Shown: piece by piece, positions 28,973 through 38,735 of the stretch
Position numbering within the stretch: the first letter of the stretch is position 1
Layout: each line of letters begins with the position of its first letter
From: Promethearchaeota archaeon
GTDB taxonomy: Archaea > Asgardarchaeota > Lokiarchaeia > Sigyniarchaeales > SOKP01
Direction of reading: 5' to 3'
DNA: 64,000 nucleotides
NCBI GenBank assembly: GCA_030603385.1
Contig: JAUVXW010000004.1
Coordinates: 32,001 to 96,000 of the forward strand
Position numbers and translations under genes: made by a program
The notes under the pieces: generated by a model
What the model was told of the DNA's origin: nothing
The model's input: only the letters and a program-made list of their open reading frames with translations
Databases searched by the model: none

Positions 28973-29881
28973 ATGCCAAAAAAGGTTTTAATCCCAGAAC
29001 CAGAAGACAACTTAAAATATATTGATGTTCATTGCCATATGCCATTTCCACGTCCTAGAAACGACCAGTTGCCAACTGATCAAGAGCAAATTTTAAATTA
29101 TTTTAAATTGGGAGGGCAATATTTGATTACAAGTACAATAGATATGCATACACTTAATCTAACATTAGCATTTATGAAAGAAGGTTACAAGAATTTTGGT
29201 TTTACTTGTGGTTGGGCACCCCAGACTGTAACTTATTCTCCTAAGGTTAAATATGAAACTGAATGGAGAAAGTGGGTAGAATTTATTCAAAATAATCAAG
29301 AAAAATTTTTAGCGATTGGAGAAATAGGATTAGATTTTCATCACGCAAAAACTCTAGAAAAAAGAAATAAGCAAATATATGTTTTCAAACAAATAATAGA
29401 ATTAACTAAGGATTATGATAAACCATATGTTTTACATGTTAGAAATGCAGCTGAACATGAATTCGATAGGAACAATCCTAAACATAGGTTTAATAAAAGA
29501 GATGGTGTCAATAAAGAAGTCCTTAATATTTTAAAAGAATTTAATATTTCACCGAAGAAAGTTTTGTGGCATTGTTTTTCGGGGCCAGAGGATTATGGGA
29601 GAACTCTACCTAATCAGGGTTTTATCATTTCTGTTCCAAGTTCCGCTTATGGTTTTAATAGATGGCGTAGAGTTTCTAAAAACTCTCCTTTAGAATCAAT
29701 AGTAACAGAAACAGATTCTTATTATCAACACCCTTATAAAAGAGGACCTATAAACGTACCTTCAAATGTGAGATATTGTATTGCTGCTATAGCATATTCT
29801 CATAATGTACCTCAAAAATTAGTAAGTGAAAGAACAGTAGAGAATGCAAAAAGGTTTTTCAAATTAGAATTTGAAATTTAG
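28973..29881 (+). CDS. tatD: TatD-family hydrolase
   Basis: IDVHCH, IGEIGLDF, LHVR, WHCFSG, ETDS. Confidence 0.9.
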   Translation: MPKKVLIPEPEDNLKYIDVHCHMPFPRPRNDQLPTDQEQILNYFKLGGQYLITSTIDMHTLNLTLAFMKEGYKNFGFTCGWAPQTVTYSPKVKYETEWRKWVEFIQNNQEKFLAIGEIGLDFHHAKTLEKRNKQIYVFKQIIELTKDYDKPYVLHVRNAAEHEFDRNNPKHRFNKRDGVNKEVLNILKEFNISPKKVLWHCFSGPEDYGRTLPNQGFIISVPSSAYGFNRWRRVSKNSPLESIVTETDSYYQHPYKRGPINVPSNVRYCIAAIAYSHNVPQKLVSERTVENAKRFFKLEFEI

Positions 29882-29939
29882 AAATGTTAAAAAATTAGAT
29901 ACTCATTACTCTAAATACTAATATTAATTTTAATTAGAA

Positions 29940-30464
29940 TTGGTGAATTTATTGAAAATTTTAGTAACCTATTTTTCACAAACTGGAAATACAGAAAAAG
30001 TTGCGAGAAGTATTTATGAAGGATGTCAAGGTGAGGATGTAGATTTAAAACCTATTAAAGAAGTAGATCCTTCAGATTTGAAAAACTTTGATTTAGTCTT
30101 TTTAGGATCTGGTATTTATGCAAGCAGAGTAAATAAAGCACTCTCAGATTTAGTAGCTGCAGCTCAAGAATTACCTCTAAAATTCATATTTTTCTCTACC
30201 CACGCAAGTAAAGAGGCTTATCAAGATGGCTTTAAAGTAGTGAAAAAAAAAATTGCGGAATCATCACAAATAATAGATGAGTTTGATTGCTGTGGTGATA
30301 ATATTGGTGTACCTGAGGCAATGCGTAAAGCTATGTTAGAAAGATTGCCGGAAGATAAACGAAAAGAAGCTGAAGAACATCAACAATGGCTGAAAGGAAG
30401 ACCAAATGAAGAAGATCTACAGAATGCTAAAAATTTTGCTCAATCGGTAATAAAAAAGCTATAA
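29940..30464 (+). CDS. Flavodoxin family protein
   Basis: YFSQTGNTEKVA, FLGSGIY, FSTH. Confidence 0.88.
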   Translation: MVNLLKILVTYFSQTGNTEKVARSIYEGCQGEDVDLKPIKEVDPSDLKNFDLVFLGSGIYASRVNKALSDLVAAAQELPLKFIFFSTHASKEAYQDGFKVVKKKIAESSQIIDEFDCCGDNIGVPEAMRKAMLERLPEDKRKEAEEHQQWLKGRPNEEDLQNAKNFAQSVIKKL

Positions 30465-30514
30465 ATCTAATAATTACTGATTTTTTATTTCTTTTCCTTT
30501 TTAATGAATACTCC

Positions 30515-31885
30515 CTATCTTGTTTTTAATATCGTCATTTGTAATAGAAACAATTTTCTAAAAATCTTTCTTATAATCTCGCTCCTAAATAATGTTCTGA
30601 TCAGTTTCAATAATAAATGATGTTTTGGTTTGAATGTACTCTTGTTTTTATCATAACTAATCCGTTTAATGAAAAAATTGTTTTGTAGTATTGAAATAAT
30701 TAATTGATAGGTTATAATCGCAATTATATCCCAAGCTCGTTTTATATGCTGTTCTGGATATTGTAATTGTTCTCCCATTGCCATCCTTACAATTTCAATA
30801 ATATGATATAAATCAATCTTACTCCCTATAAGTTCACGTGTTGCCCATAATAAATATAAACAGCCACTGCAATAAGAGACTAACGCTTTTGCTCCTGTCT
30901 CTTCTGCTTCTTTGAATTTTTTACATCCTTCTGAAATAAGATCAAATGGAATTGAACTATTTCTTACCCAAGAAGCTCCTGCTCCAAAACCACAGCAGAG
31001 AGAATCTTTTTTAATATGTTTCATTTCCTTAATTTCACAACCGCACATTTCCAAGATTTTTCTTGGTGGGTCCCAATATTTTCCACTTAAAGCTTTTGAA
31101 TAACAGTTGTCGTGAATAGTTACACTAAAGTTTAATTTATTTGTAATCGGTAGTTCTCCAGATTTTAGACTATTTAACATCCAATCATTAAAATTAATAA
31201 AATCTCGATTATGGTTAACTCCCATTTCCTTACGATGTACTTCTGAAAAGATGTATTGAACTGCGTCTACTGTATGAGCAATGTTTTTGACATCCCATTT
31301 ATCAAAATCAGTTTTGCATTTTTCAGCAATTTTCTGAACAACATCTAGATATCCCCCTTGGTATAAATACGCACCGCCTTCCCATTGATCAATTAGATCA
31401 ATCGGTTTAAAAAAGTCTAATAATTTACTACCACCTAGTATAAATGGAAATAGATGTGTGTAATTTCCAATTATCAAGATTGTATCTTCTGGATTAGGTG
31501 TATAACTCATCCAATCAAAAATCCACTTCCGTTCTTGATTAGATAAGAATATATTAAGCAACTGCCAAATATTCGGTACTTCTGTTGGGCAAACAAATTT
31601 ATATAATGGAGGAGCACCCCGTTTCTTATATTTATCATTCCACCTCTCAAGAATTAATTGATAAGGATTAGCATTTTGAGGGCAGTATAAATTACATGAA
31701 AAGCACGTATTGCATTTAGAAAGTACATACTTAGATTCTTTTCTTTTAATTAATCTTTCAATTTCCTTTTTTGATTCTTCTAAGGGTAATTGTAGAACAG
31801 GGCATAGATGAAAGCATTGTCCACATAGATCACACAACTCTTCATTAAAAGCAGAGATTCTTTTACCCGTAGTCATCTTTACCAT
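30515..31885 (-). CDS. 4Fe-4S dicluster + CCG domain protein (HdrD/GlpC-like); first CCG degenerate
   Basis: CDLCGQCFHLCP, CNTCFSCNLYCP, HDNCY, CCGFG, CSGC. Confidence 0.85.
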   Translation of the reverse strand: MVKMTTGKRISAFNEELCDLCGQCFHLCPVLQLPLEESKKEIERLIKRKESKYVLSKCNTCFSCNLYCPQNANPYQLILERWNDKYKKRGAPPLYKFVCPTEVPNIWQLLNIFLSNQERKWIFDWMSYTPNPEDTILIIGNYTHLFPFILGGSKLLDFFKPIDLIDQWEGGAYLYQGGYLDVVQKIAEKCKTDFDKWDVKNIAHTVDAVQYIFSEVHRKEMGVNHNRDFINFNDWMLNSLKSGELPITNKLNFSVTIHDNCYSKALSGKYWDPPRKILEMCGCEIKEMKHIKKDSLCCGFGAGASWVRNSSIPFDLISEGCKKFKEAEETGAKALVSYCSGCLYLLWATRELIGSKIDLYHIIEIVRMAMGEQLQYPEQHIKRAWDIIAIITYQLIISILQNNFFIKRISYDKNKSTFKPKHHLLLKLIRTLFRSEIIRKIFRKLFLLQMTILKTR

Positions 31886-33150
31886 GCCTCTCCGTACATT
31901 GGTGGGTCTTCAGGGATTTCAGCTAATTTAAAAGTCTTTTTAGAAAATATTTTTGGTACTTGCTTCCTAATAGTGCCCCAGAAAAAGTGTTTCGCACGTT
32001 TTTTCTTTACTTTTTTTGTAAGGGAAGGTTTTTCTCCGATTGCTAGTTGCAATAGTTCAATTATATGATACACTTTCAGCTTCCTTGGATATAATTTTTT
32101 ATTTGCAGTAAATGTTGCTAAGCATCCAGCACAATAAACACACACTGCTTCAGCTTTAGATTTTCTAAATTCTTTAAAATTTCTAATAGTTACTCCTCTT
32201 ATTTTAAAGGGTTGATATGAAGAATCCACAGAAAAGCCAGCACCTATTCCACAACATCGCATGTTTTCTCTGCATGCTTCAACTTCTACTATTTTAACCC
32301 CAATTGCGTTGAGGATTCTCCTCGGTAAATCCATATATTCTTCACCAAACATTTTGGCATAACATGAATCTTGGATTGTTACAGATATGTTTAGTTTATT
32401 TTTGATTACAATATTACCACTTTCAATTTCTTCCCATAGATATTGAATATAAGATTTAATCTCTTCAAACTTATACGTAAGACCATAACGCGGTAAAACA
32501 TTCTTGAAGACATTTGTTCCTGCAGTACATAAAACTAATAATTTCTTCGGATTTAGTATTTTAAACCATTTATCTAATCTTTTTGCTACTTGAAATAATT
32601 CATCTCGATATCCTGTACGAAATAATGTCTCACCGCAACAATACTCTAAACGCCCTCTTATATCTAATTCTTTAAAAAAACTTGTTTGAGTTAATTCTGC
32701 GAATGTGATAATATTACAACCCGGATAAGTTAATGTATCACCTTTTAACGGTTTCAAGGATACCCATTCTTTAACTAATTCTTTTGTCTTCTTCGGGAGG
32801 CGTTCCATAACATAAGATCGAAAATTTGGATAATGGGGATATAGAGTCATATAATATTTTCCCCTTTTCCTCAATCCTTCATTTTTATATTGCTCATTCC
32901 ATCTTTGTAAAATCAAGCTTGTAGGATGAGCATTTTCAGGGCAATAGAAATTACATGAAAAGCAACTTTGACATTCAGTTAAAACTTTGTTGGTTTTCTC
33001 TCCTTTAATTAGTTTTGTTATTTCATCAATTGATTCATCTTTAGAAAGACTCATTACTGGACATTTGCTAAAACAATCTCCACATAAAGTACAAACATTT
33101 CTATTAAATGGTGAGAAAAACTCAATCCCCACAGGTTCAATATTAGTCAT
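31879..33150 (-). CDS. 4Fe-4S dicluster + CCG domain protein (HdrD/GlpC-like)
   Basis: CTLCGDCFSKCP, CQSCFSCNFYCP, YPGC, YCCG, QDSCY, CCGIG, CAGC. Confidence 0.85.
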   Translation of the reverse strand: MTNIEPVGIEFFSPFNRNVCTLCGDCFSKCPVMSLSKDESIDEITKLIKGEKTNKVLTECQSCFSCNFYCPENAHPTSLILQRWNEQYKNEGLRKRGKYYMTLYPHYPNFRSYVMERLPKKTKELVKEWVSLKPLKGDTLTYPGCNIITFAELTQTSFFKELDIRGRLEYCCGETLFRTGYRDELFQVAKRLDKWFKILNPKKLLVLCTAGTNVFKNVLPRYGLTYKFEEIKSYIQYLWEEIESGNIVIKNKLNISVTIQDSCYAKMFGEEYMDLPRRILNAIGVKIVEVEACRENMRCCGIGAGFSVDSSYQPFKIRGVTIRNFKEFRKSKAEAVCVYCAGCLATFTANKKLYPRKLKVYHIIELLQLAIGEKPSLTKKVKKKRAKHFFWGTIRKQVPKIFSKKTFKLAEIPEDPPMYGEAW

Positions 33151-33211
33151 ATAATAATAACCAAAGTAAGAAATTATTAAAGATTAATCGTAAAAGCATG
33201 ATTAAAGGAAG

Positions 33212-34462
33212 TCATGGAAAGATACCTCTTAAATCAAAAGCTTTAGCAATCCGGGATACAGCGATAATGTAAGCCGCAGTACGAAGTTGAATCTTTCGTT
33301 CTTCATACACTTTATATACATCTTCAAATGCTTCTAATAGAATTCTTTTAAGTTCCTTATTAATTCTATCTAAATCCCAAAAATAAGCACGAATATCTTG
33401 GACATACTCAAAATATGAGACACAAACGCCACCAGCATTTGCAAGAATATCAGGAATCACATGTATCCCCTTATCAAATAAAATACGATCTGCATCAGGT
33501 GTAGTTGGACCATTAGCGCCTTCTAATATGATTTTGCAATTAATATCATTTGCATTTTCTTTTGTAATTTGATTTTCAATAGCCGCTGGTATTAAGACAT
33601 CGCATTCTGTTGTTAATAATTCAGAGTTGGTAATAAGTTTATACCTATCGTCATCATAATCTTTCAAATAATTACCTTCCCGTGTCCATTCTAATAATTT
33701 ATCGATTTGTAATCCTTCAGAATGATAAAGCCCACCAGATATATCTGAAACAGCTAAAATTTTACAACCCCGTTCATATAACAAACTAGCAATCCAACCA
33801 CCAACATTACCAAATCCCTGAATAACAATAGTTTGTGATTCTAGTTTGCAACTTAATTTTTCACACATAGCATCAATTACAAAGTATAACCCCATTCCTG
33901 TAGCTGAATTTCTACCTACTGATCCTCCAATTTCTATTGGTTTTCCTGTCACAACTCCAGGTACTGACCTCCCCTTATTCATACTGTAGGTATCCATGAT
34001 CCAGGCCATGATTTGTGCATTTGTGTTAACATCTGGCGCAGGTATATCAATATCAGGCCCGATAATATTTATTATCCCCGTTGTAAATCTTCTAGTAAGT
34101 TTTTCTAATTCTTTTCTTGATAATTCTCGAGGATTCACACATATTCCTCCTTTAGCTCCACCTAATGGTAATTTCAAAAGACTACACTTCCAAGTCATCC
34201 ATGTGGCTAATGCTTTGACTTCATCGAGATTAACATTAGGAGCAAACCTTAGACCCCCCTTTCCTGGACCTCGCACAGTTGAGTGGTGAACTCGATAACC
34301 TTCAAAAATTTGAAGTGAACCATCATCCATCATTATAGGAATAGATACTATTAGAGCTCTTTCAATTCTTTTAAGATATTTAGTTATATTTGGATCCAAT
34401 CCCATTTCTTTTGCCACTATATCAATTTGTTTTTTTGCTATTTCAAATGGATTTAATTCCAA
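33212..34462 (-). CDS. gdh: Glutamate dehydrogenase
   Basis: GPGKGGLRF, MTWKC, GGAKGG, PAPDVNT, QGFGNVG, EGANGP. Confidence 0.95.
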   Translation of the reverse strand: MELNPFEIAKKQIDIVAKEMGLDPNITKYLKRIERALIVSIPIMMDDGSLQIFEGYRVHHSTVRGPGKGGLRFAPNVNLDEVKALATWMTWKCSLLKLPLGGAKGGICVNPRELSRKELEKLTRRFTTGIINIIGPDIDIPAPDVNTNAQIMAWIMDTYSMNKGRSVPGVVTGKPIEIGGSVGRNSATGMGLYFVIDAMCEKLSCKLESQTIVIQGFGNVGGWIASLLYERGCKILAVSDISGGLYHSEGLQIDKLLEWTREGNYLKDYDDDRYKLITNSELLTTECDVLIPAAIENQITKENANDINCKIILEGANGPTTPDADRILFDKGIHVIPDILANAGGVCVSYFEYVQDIRAYFWDLDRINKELKRILLEAFEDVYKVYEERKIQLRTAAYIIAVSRIAKAFDLRGIFP

Positions 34463-34511
34463 GTTTTTACACCTTCGATATTTTCTTTTCTTAAAATATA
34501 ATTTTTTGGTT

Positions 34512-35765
34512 TCATGGAAATAACCCTCTTAATTCATGAGCTCTAGCTAATCTTTCTCCTCCTATTGCATATGCTGCAGTACGGTACGTTATATCTTTTT
34601 CGCTTGATAAATTTAAAACAAACTCAAATGCTCTAAGTAAAATTCTTCTCATTTCACTATTAACTCTTTCAAGATTCCAAAAATATGAATGAATATCTTG
34701 AATATATTCAAAATACGAAACACATAAACCACCAGCATTTGCAAGAATATCTGGAATGATAATTATTCCTTTTTCATTCAATATTATATCTGCTTGAGAG
34801 GTTGTAGGGCTATTTGCACCTTCTAATATCATCTTACAATCAATATCGTCAGCATTACCACTAAAAATCTGATTTTCTGTTGCTGCTGGAATAAGAATAT
34901 CACATTTTGTACCAAATAATGCCTCGTTTGTAATGATTTCGACTTTATTCCCTTTATAATCTTTTAAAGATTTGCCTTGTTGTTTCCAACTAATCAGCTT
35001 ATTAATGTTTAAACCTTTATCAGAATGAATCCCTCCCTCTGAATCGGTGATAGCAATTATTTTACAACCAACATCACTTAAAATCTGGGCAACTACACTC
35101 CCTACTTTTCCAAAGCCTTGAATTGCTACTTTACTTGAGGTTAAACTGATATTTTGTCTTTCACATAAAGATTGAAGAATATAATACATTCCAGTTCCAG
35201 GTGCTTCTGTACGTCCCACTGTCCCCCCAATCTCAATTGGTTTTCCAGTTACAACACCAGGAATAGATCTACCTTTATTCATCGAATATGTATCCATAAT
35301 CCAAGCCATCTCGCGCTCTCCAGTGTTCATATCCGGAGCGAGAATATCAATATCAGGTCCAATCATGGTAAGAATTTCGGAAGTATATCTTCTCGTAAGT
35401 TTTCTCAGTTCATCGGTAGATAACTTCTTCCTATCAACACAAATTCCTCCTTTCGATCCTCCTAAAGGTAATTCTAACAAGCTTGTTTTAAACGTCATCA
35501 AAAAGGCTAATGCTTTTATTTCATCTAAAGTTACATCTGGAGAATATCTCAAGCCGCCTTTCGCAGGCCCACGTAAGGTTGAATGATGCACTCTATATCC
35601 TTCAAAAATTTCAAGTGAACCATCATCCATAACGACAGGCATGGACACAATTAAAGATCGTTCTACTTTTTTTAAATATTCAAGAGTGTTAGGCTTTAAA
35701 TCAATTACTTCAGCTGCAATGTCGAGTTTTTTTTTCGCACTTTCAAAAGGGTTAATATCTAACAA
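34512..35765 (-). CDS. gdh: Glutamate dehydrogenase paralogue
   Basis: GPAKGGLRY, MTFKT, GGSKGG, LAPDMNT, QGFGKVG. Confidence 0.92.
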   Translation of the reverse strand: MLDINPFESAKKKLDIAAEVIDLKPNTLEYLKKVERSLIVSMPVVMDDGSLEIFEGYRVHHSTLRGPAKGGLRYSPDVTLDEIKALAFLMTFKTSLLELPLGGSKGGICVDRKKLSTDELRKLTRRYTSEILTMIGPDIDILAPDMNTGEREMAWIMDTYSMNKGRSIPGVVTGKPIEIGGTVGRTEAPGTGMYYILQSLCERQNISLTSSKVAIQGFGKVGSVVAQILSDVGCKIIAITDSEGGIHSDKGLNINKLISWKQQGKSLKDYKGNKVEIITNEALFGTKCDILIPAATENQIFSGNADDIDCKMILEGANSPTTSQADIILNEKGIIIIPDILANAGGLCVSYFEYIQDIHSYFWNLERVNSEMRRILLRAFEFVLNLSSEKDITYRTAAYAIGGERLARAHELRGLFP

Positions 35766-35921
35766 TTTCTATCACTTTGAAATTGTAATTTTAAGATAAT
35801 CTAATTAATACTTATTGTATAATATAATTTTTTCTAAAGTATATATCTTTAATAAAGGGTCTTAATAGAAGTAGTAAAAACGATATTAGAATAGGTAGAG
35901 TTTCAATGTAGTGTATTCAAT

Positions 35922-36068
35922 TTAGAAATGCTTAGTATTGCAATTTTCACATTCAATTTCTTCGAAATCTTCCAAGTCACTACGATAAATTATAATTCTA
36001 CCACTACCTCCACATAATTCACATTTTCCAATGGTTATAGTAGTTATTGTTTTTTCTTGTAAGCTCAT
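35922..36068 (-). CDS. 48-aa zinc-finger microprotein (DnaJ-like CxxCxGxG)
   Basis: MSLQEKTITTITIGKCELCGGSGRIIIYRSDLEDFEEIECENCNTKHF*. Confidence 0.65.
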   Translation of the reverse strand: MSLQEKTITTITIGKCELCGGSGRIIIYRSDLEDFEEIECENCNTKHF

Positions 36069-36287
36069 CATATTATCAAGTAAAATTAAGTATTTTTAAA
36101 TATACATAAATGGAAAATTATAAATATAAAATATTAAATATATTCGATATTATTTGGACAAGTTCTCTAAAACAAGCCAAGTCATTGAAATCAAAGATAG
36201 TCTTTCCTTAGAAGACTTAATTAATGATATATTCATCAAATCTCCTTAATTAGGGAATCATATATAAAAGTAGTCTTAATTATAAAG

Positions 36288-37334
36288 CTAAAGGTTTATA
36301 AGACAATATTGAACAAATTTTAAAGGTTCATTAGCACACCCACCAGAGTCCAAACCCCCCAATTGATCAATTATCTTTTGAGGTATCACGTTATCTGCAA
36401 TCCATAAATCCTTTAAATTAACTAAAGATTCTAACCCTTTAATTTGAATTATTTTATTTTGACCTAAATCGAGTGTTTCTAATTTTGTAAGCGGTTCTAG
36501 TCCCTTAATTTCACCTATATTATTTTCTGAGAGAAAAAGGTTCTCTATATTTGTTAGAGAATATAAACCTTTAATATGGTTTATCTGGTTCTGTTTTAAA
36601 TTTAAGATTTGTAATTCCGTGCTGTTATCTAATCCCCTAATTTCTGAAATCTGGTTTGAATTTAACCATAGTGTCTCCAAATTTTCTAATGGCTCAAGAT
36701 TTTTTATTTCTTGAATTGAATTATTATTAAGATAAAGGCTTTTTAAATTATTTAGATTTTCAAATCCCTCTATGCTTGATATTTGATTTCCTGCTATATT
36801 TAGCACTTCTAAATTCTTTAGATTTTCTAGGTTTTCGATTTTTTGTAATTGATTTCCTGCAACCCACAATACTTCAAGATTACTCAAATTATCAAGCCCA
36901 CTGATTTTTGAGATGTTATTCCAAGATAAATCTAATCTCTGAAGAGATGTAAGATTTTCTAAACCTTTTAATTCTTCAATTTGGTTTCCCCTAAGATATA
37001 ATTCTTTCAAATTAGGTAAATTCTCTAATCCCTTGATTTCTTTTATTTCGTTGCTGATTAAATGTAAGATTTCGAGATTCTCCAGTTTGTCTAACCCTTT
37101 TATTTCTCTTATTTTATTACTCCCTAAATTTAGAATCTCCAATTCTGTTAGATTATCTAATCCTCTAATTATAACAATTTCATTAGAGCTAAGTTCAAGA
37201 TTATTCAAACCTTTAACGTTGTCTAAACCAATAATTTCCTCAATATCTTTGATTTCAAGAAGCCCTAAATCAAGGAAGCCATTTACTATTTCGAATTTAG
37301 TACCAGCCCATTGAACAGATTTCATTAATTTCAC
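36288..37334 (-). CDS. Leucine-rich repeat protein (SDS22-like 22-aa repeats)
   Basis: About 13 LxxLxLxxNxIxxIxGLxx repeats. Confidence 0.92.
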   Translation of the reverse strand: MKLMKSVQWAGTKFEIVNGFLDLGLLEIKDIEEIIGLDNVKGLNNLELSSNEIVIIRGLDNLTELEILNLGSNKIREIKGLDKLENLEILHLISNEIKEIKGLENLPNLKELYLRGNQIEELKGLENLTSLQRLDLSWNNISKISGLDNLSNLEVLWVAGNQLQKIENLENLKNLEVLNIAGNQISSIEGFENLNNLKSLYLNNNSIQEIKNLEPLENLETLWLNSNQISEIRGLDNSTELQILNLKQNQINHIKGLYSLTNIENLFLSENNIGEIKGLEPLTKLETLDLGQNKIIQIKGLESLVNLKDLWIADNVIPQKIIDQLGGLDSGGCANEPLKFVQYCLINL

Positions 37335-37523
37335 TTAATTTGATGTAGTTAGATGATCGTAATATGTAATATCATTAATTAGATTAAATTATAAATTAAT
37401 TATAAAAGCCTTTTAATTTATTTATTTTCTTTATGAAAAACTTATTAAAAGTATAACTGAAATTTTACATTTTTCTAATTTATAACAAGAACTTATTAAA
37501 AATCTATTTATGATAGTTAAAGT

Positions 37524-37676
37524 ATGAATGCTATTGTTTGTAAAGAATGTGGATATTCATTCGAGAATAAGGAACCGGGTAAACATTTTTGCCCTAATTG
37601 CTCAAAAGAAATGAAGTTTTACAAGTTCGAAGCTTTTTGTGGCGCAAAACCAAACGAACTTCATGAGATAAATTAA
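37524..37676 (+). CDS. Zinc-ribbon microprotein 1 (50 aa)
   Basis: MNAIVCKECGYSFENKEPGKHFCPNCSKEMKFYKFEAFCGAKPNELHEIN*. Confidence 0.75.
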   Translation: MNAIVCKECGYSFENKEPGKHFCPNCSKEMKFYKFEAFCGAKPNELHEIN

Positions 37677-37703
37677 ATAATAATCCATAATTGTTTTTAT
37701 TAT

Positions 37704-37862
37704 ATGTCATTGTTTTACGCAGTATGTAAGGAATGTGGTTTTAGTTATAAGAATAAAGAACCAGGTAATTATTTTTGCCCTAATTGTAATAAAGAGAAGA
37801 AATTCTTAAAACTGGAATTGTTTGATGGTGTCAAACCTTCAGAAATCCATGAAAATGATTAA
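37704..37862 (+). CDS. Zinc-ribbon microprotein 2 (52 aa), paralogue of the previous ORF
   Basis: MSLFYAVCKECGFSYKNKEPGNYFCPNCNKEKKFLKLELFDGVKPSEIHEND*. Confidence 0.75.
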   Translation: MSLFYAVCKECGFSYKNKEPGNYFCPNCNKEKKFLKLELFDGVKPSEIHEND

Positions 37863-37900
37863 AAGTTAAAATTTTAAGTTTGCATACATTTTTACTCTTC

Positions 37901-38608
37901 ATGGTAAGAGCTTTATATATGGATGATTCCTATCTTAAAAGTTGGAATGCAAAAATTACTAGTGTGAAAGATGGAAAATTTATTATTCTTGATCAAACTG
38001 CATTCTACCCTAAAGGAGGCGGACAAAATTGGGATGAAGGCTATATAATTAAAGATGATGAAAAATTTAGAGTTGTTTACGTTGGTAAATTTTCTGGTGA
38101 AATTAGCCATGAAGTCGATAAGTCTGGATTAAAAGAAGGTAATGAAGTTTCTTGTGAGCTAGATTGGGAGCGAAGATATGCTTATATGCGATATCATACT
38201 GCTTCTCATCTTATCTCAAACATTCTTTACAGAAGAGCTGATGCTAAAATTACAGGTAATCAAATCGAACTAGACAAAACAAGAATGGATTTCTCTATGA
38301 TTGATTATTCACCTGAAAAATTAAAAGCTTATGTAGATGAAGCCAACGAAATTATAGAACAAAATCTGCCCATTACTGTAGATTACATGTCAAGACAAGA
38401 TGTTTTAGGAAAACCAGAATTAGCTCGCTTAGCTGTAGGATTACCCAAAAATATCAAAGAATTTCGTATTGTTAGAATAGGAGATATCGACGAACAAGTA
38501 GACGGTGGTACTCATATCAATCATTTAAAAGAAATCGGTAAAATTGAAGTAATTAAAACTGTAAACAAAGGTAAAAATAATCGACGTATGTATTTTATAC
38601 TTAAGTAA
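37901..38608 (+). CDS. alaX: Alanyl-tRNA editing protein AlaX-M
   Basis: FYPKGGGQ, MRYHTASH, QVDGGTH. Confidence 0.9.
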   Translation: MVRALYMDDSYLKSWNAKITSVKDGKFIILDQTAFYPKGGGQNWDEGYIIKDDEKFRVVYVGKFSGEISHEVDKSGLKEGNEVSCELDWERRYAYMRYHTASHLISNILYRRADAKITGNQIELDKTRMDFSMIDYSPEKLKAYVDEANEIIEQNLPITVDYMSRQDVLGKPELARLAVGLPKNIKEFRIVRIGDIDEQVDGGTHINHLKEIGKIEVIKTVNKGKNNRRMYFILK

Positions 38609-38735
38609 AAGAAACTTTTTTTCTAAAATTTGAAACTAGATTTTTTAATGAAATGTAAGATTTATAATCAGAAAAAATCTAATAATTCTAATTGCATGAT
38701 TTTTTTAAAAAATAAAAATCACAAGGGATTTTAAA

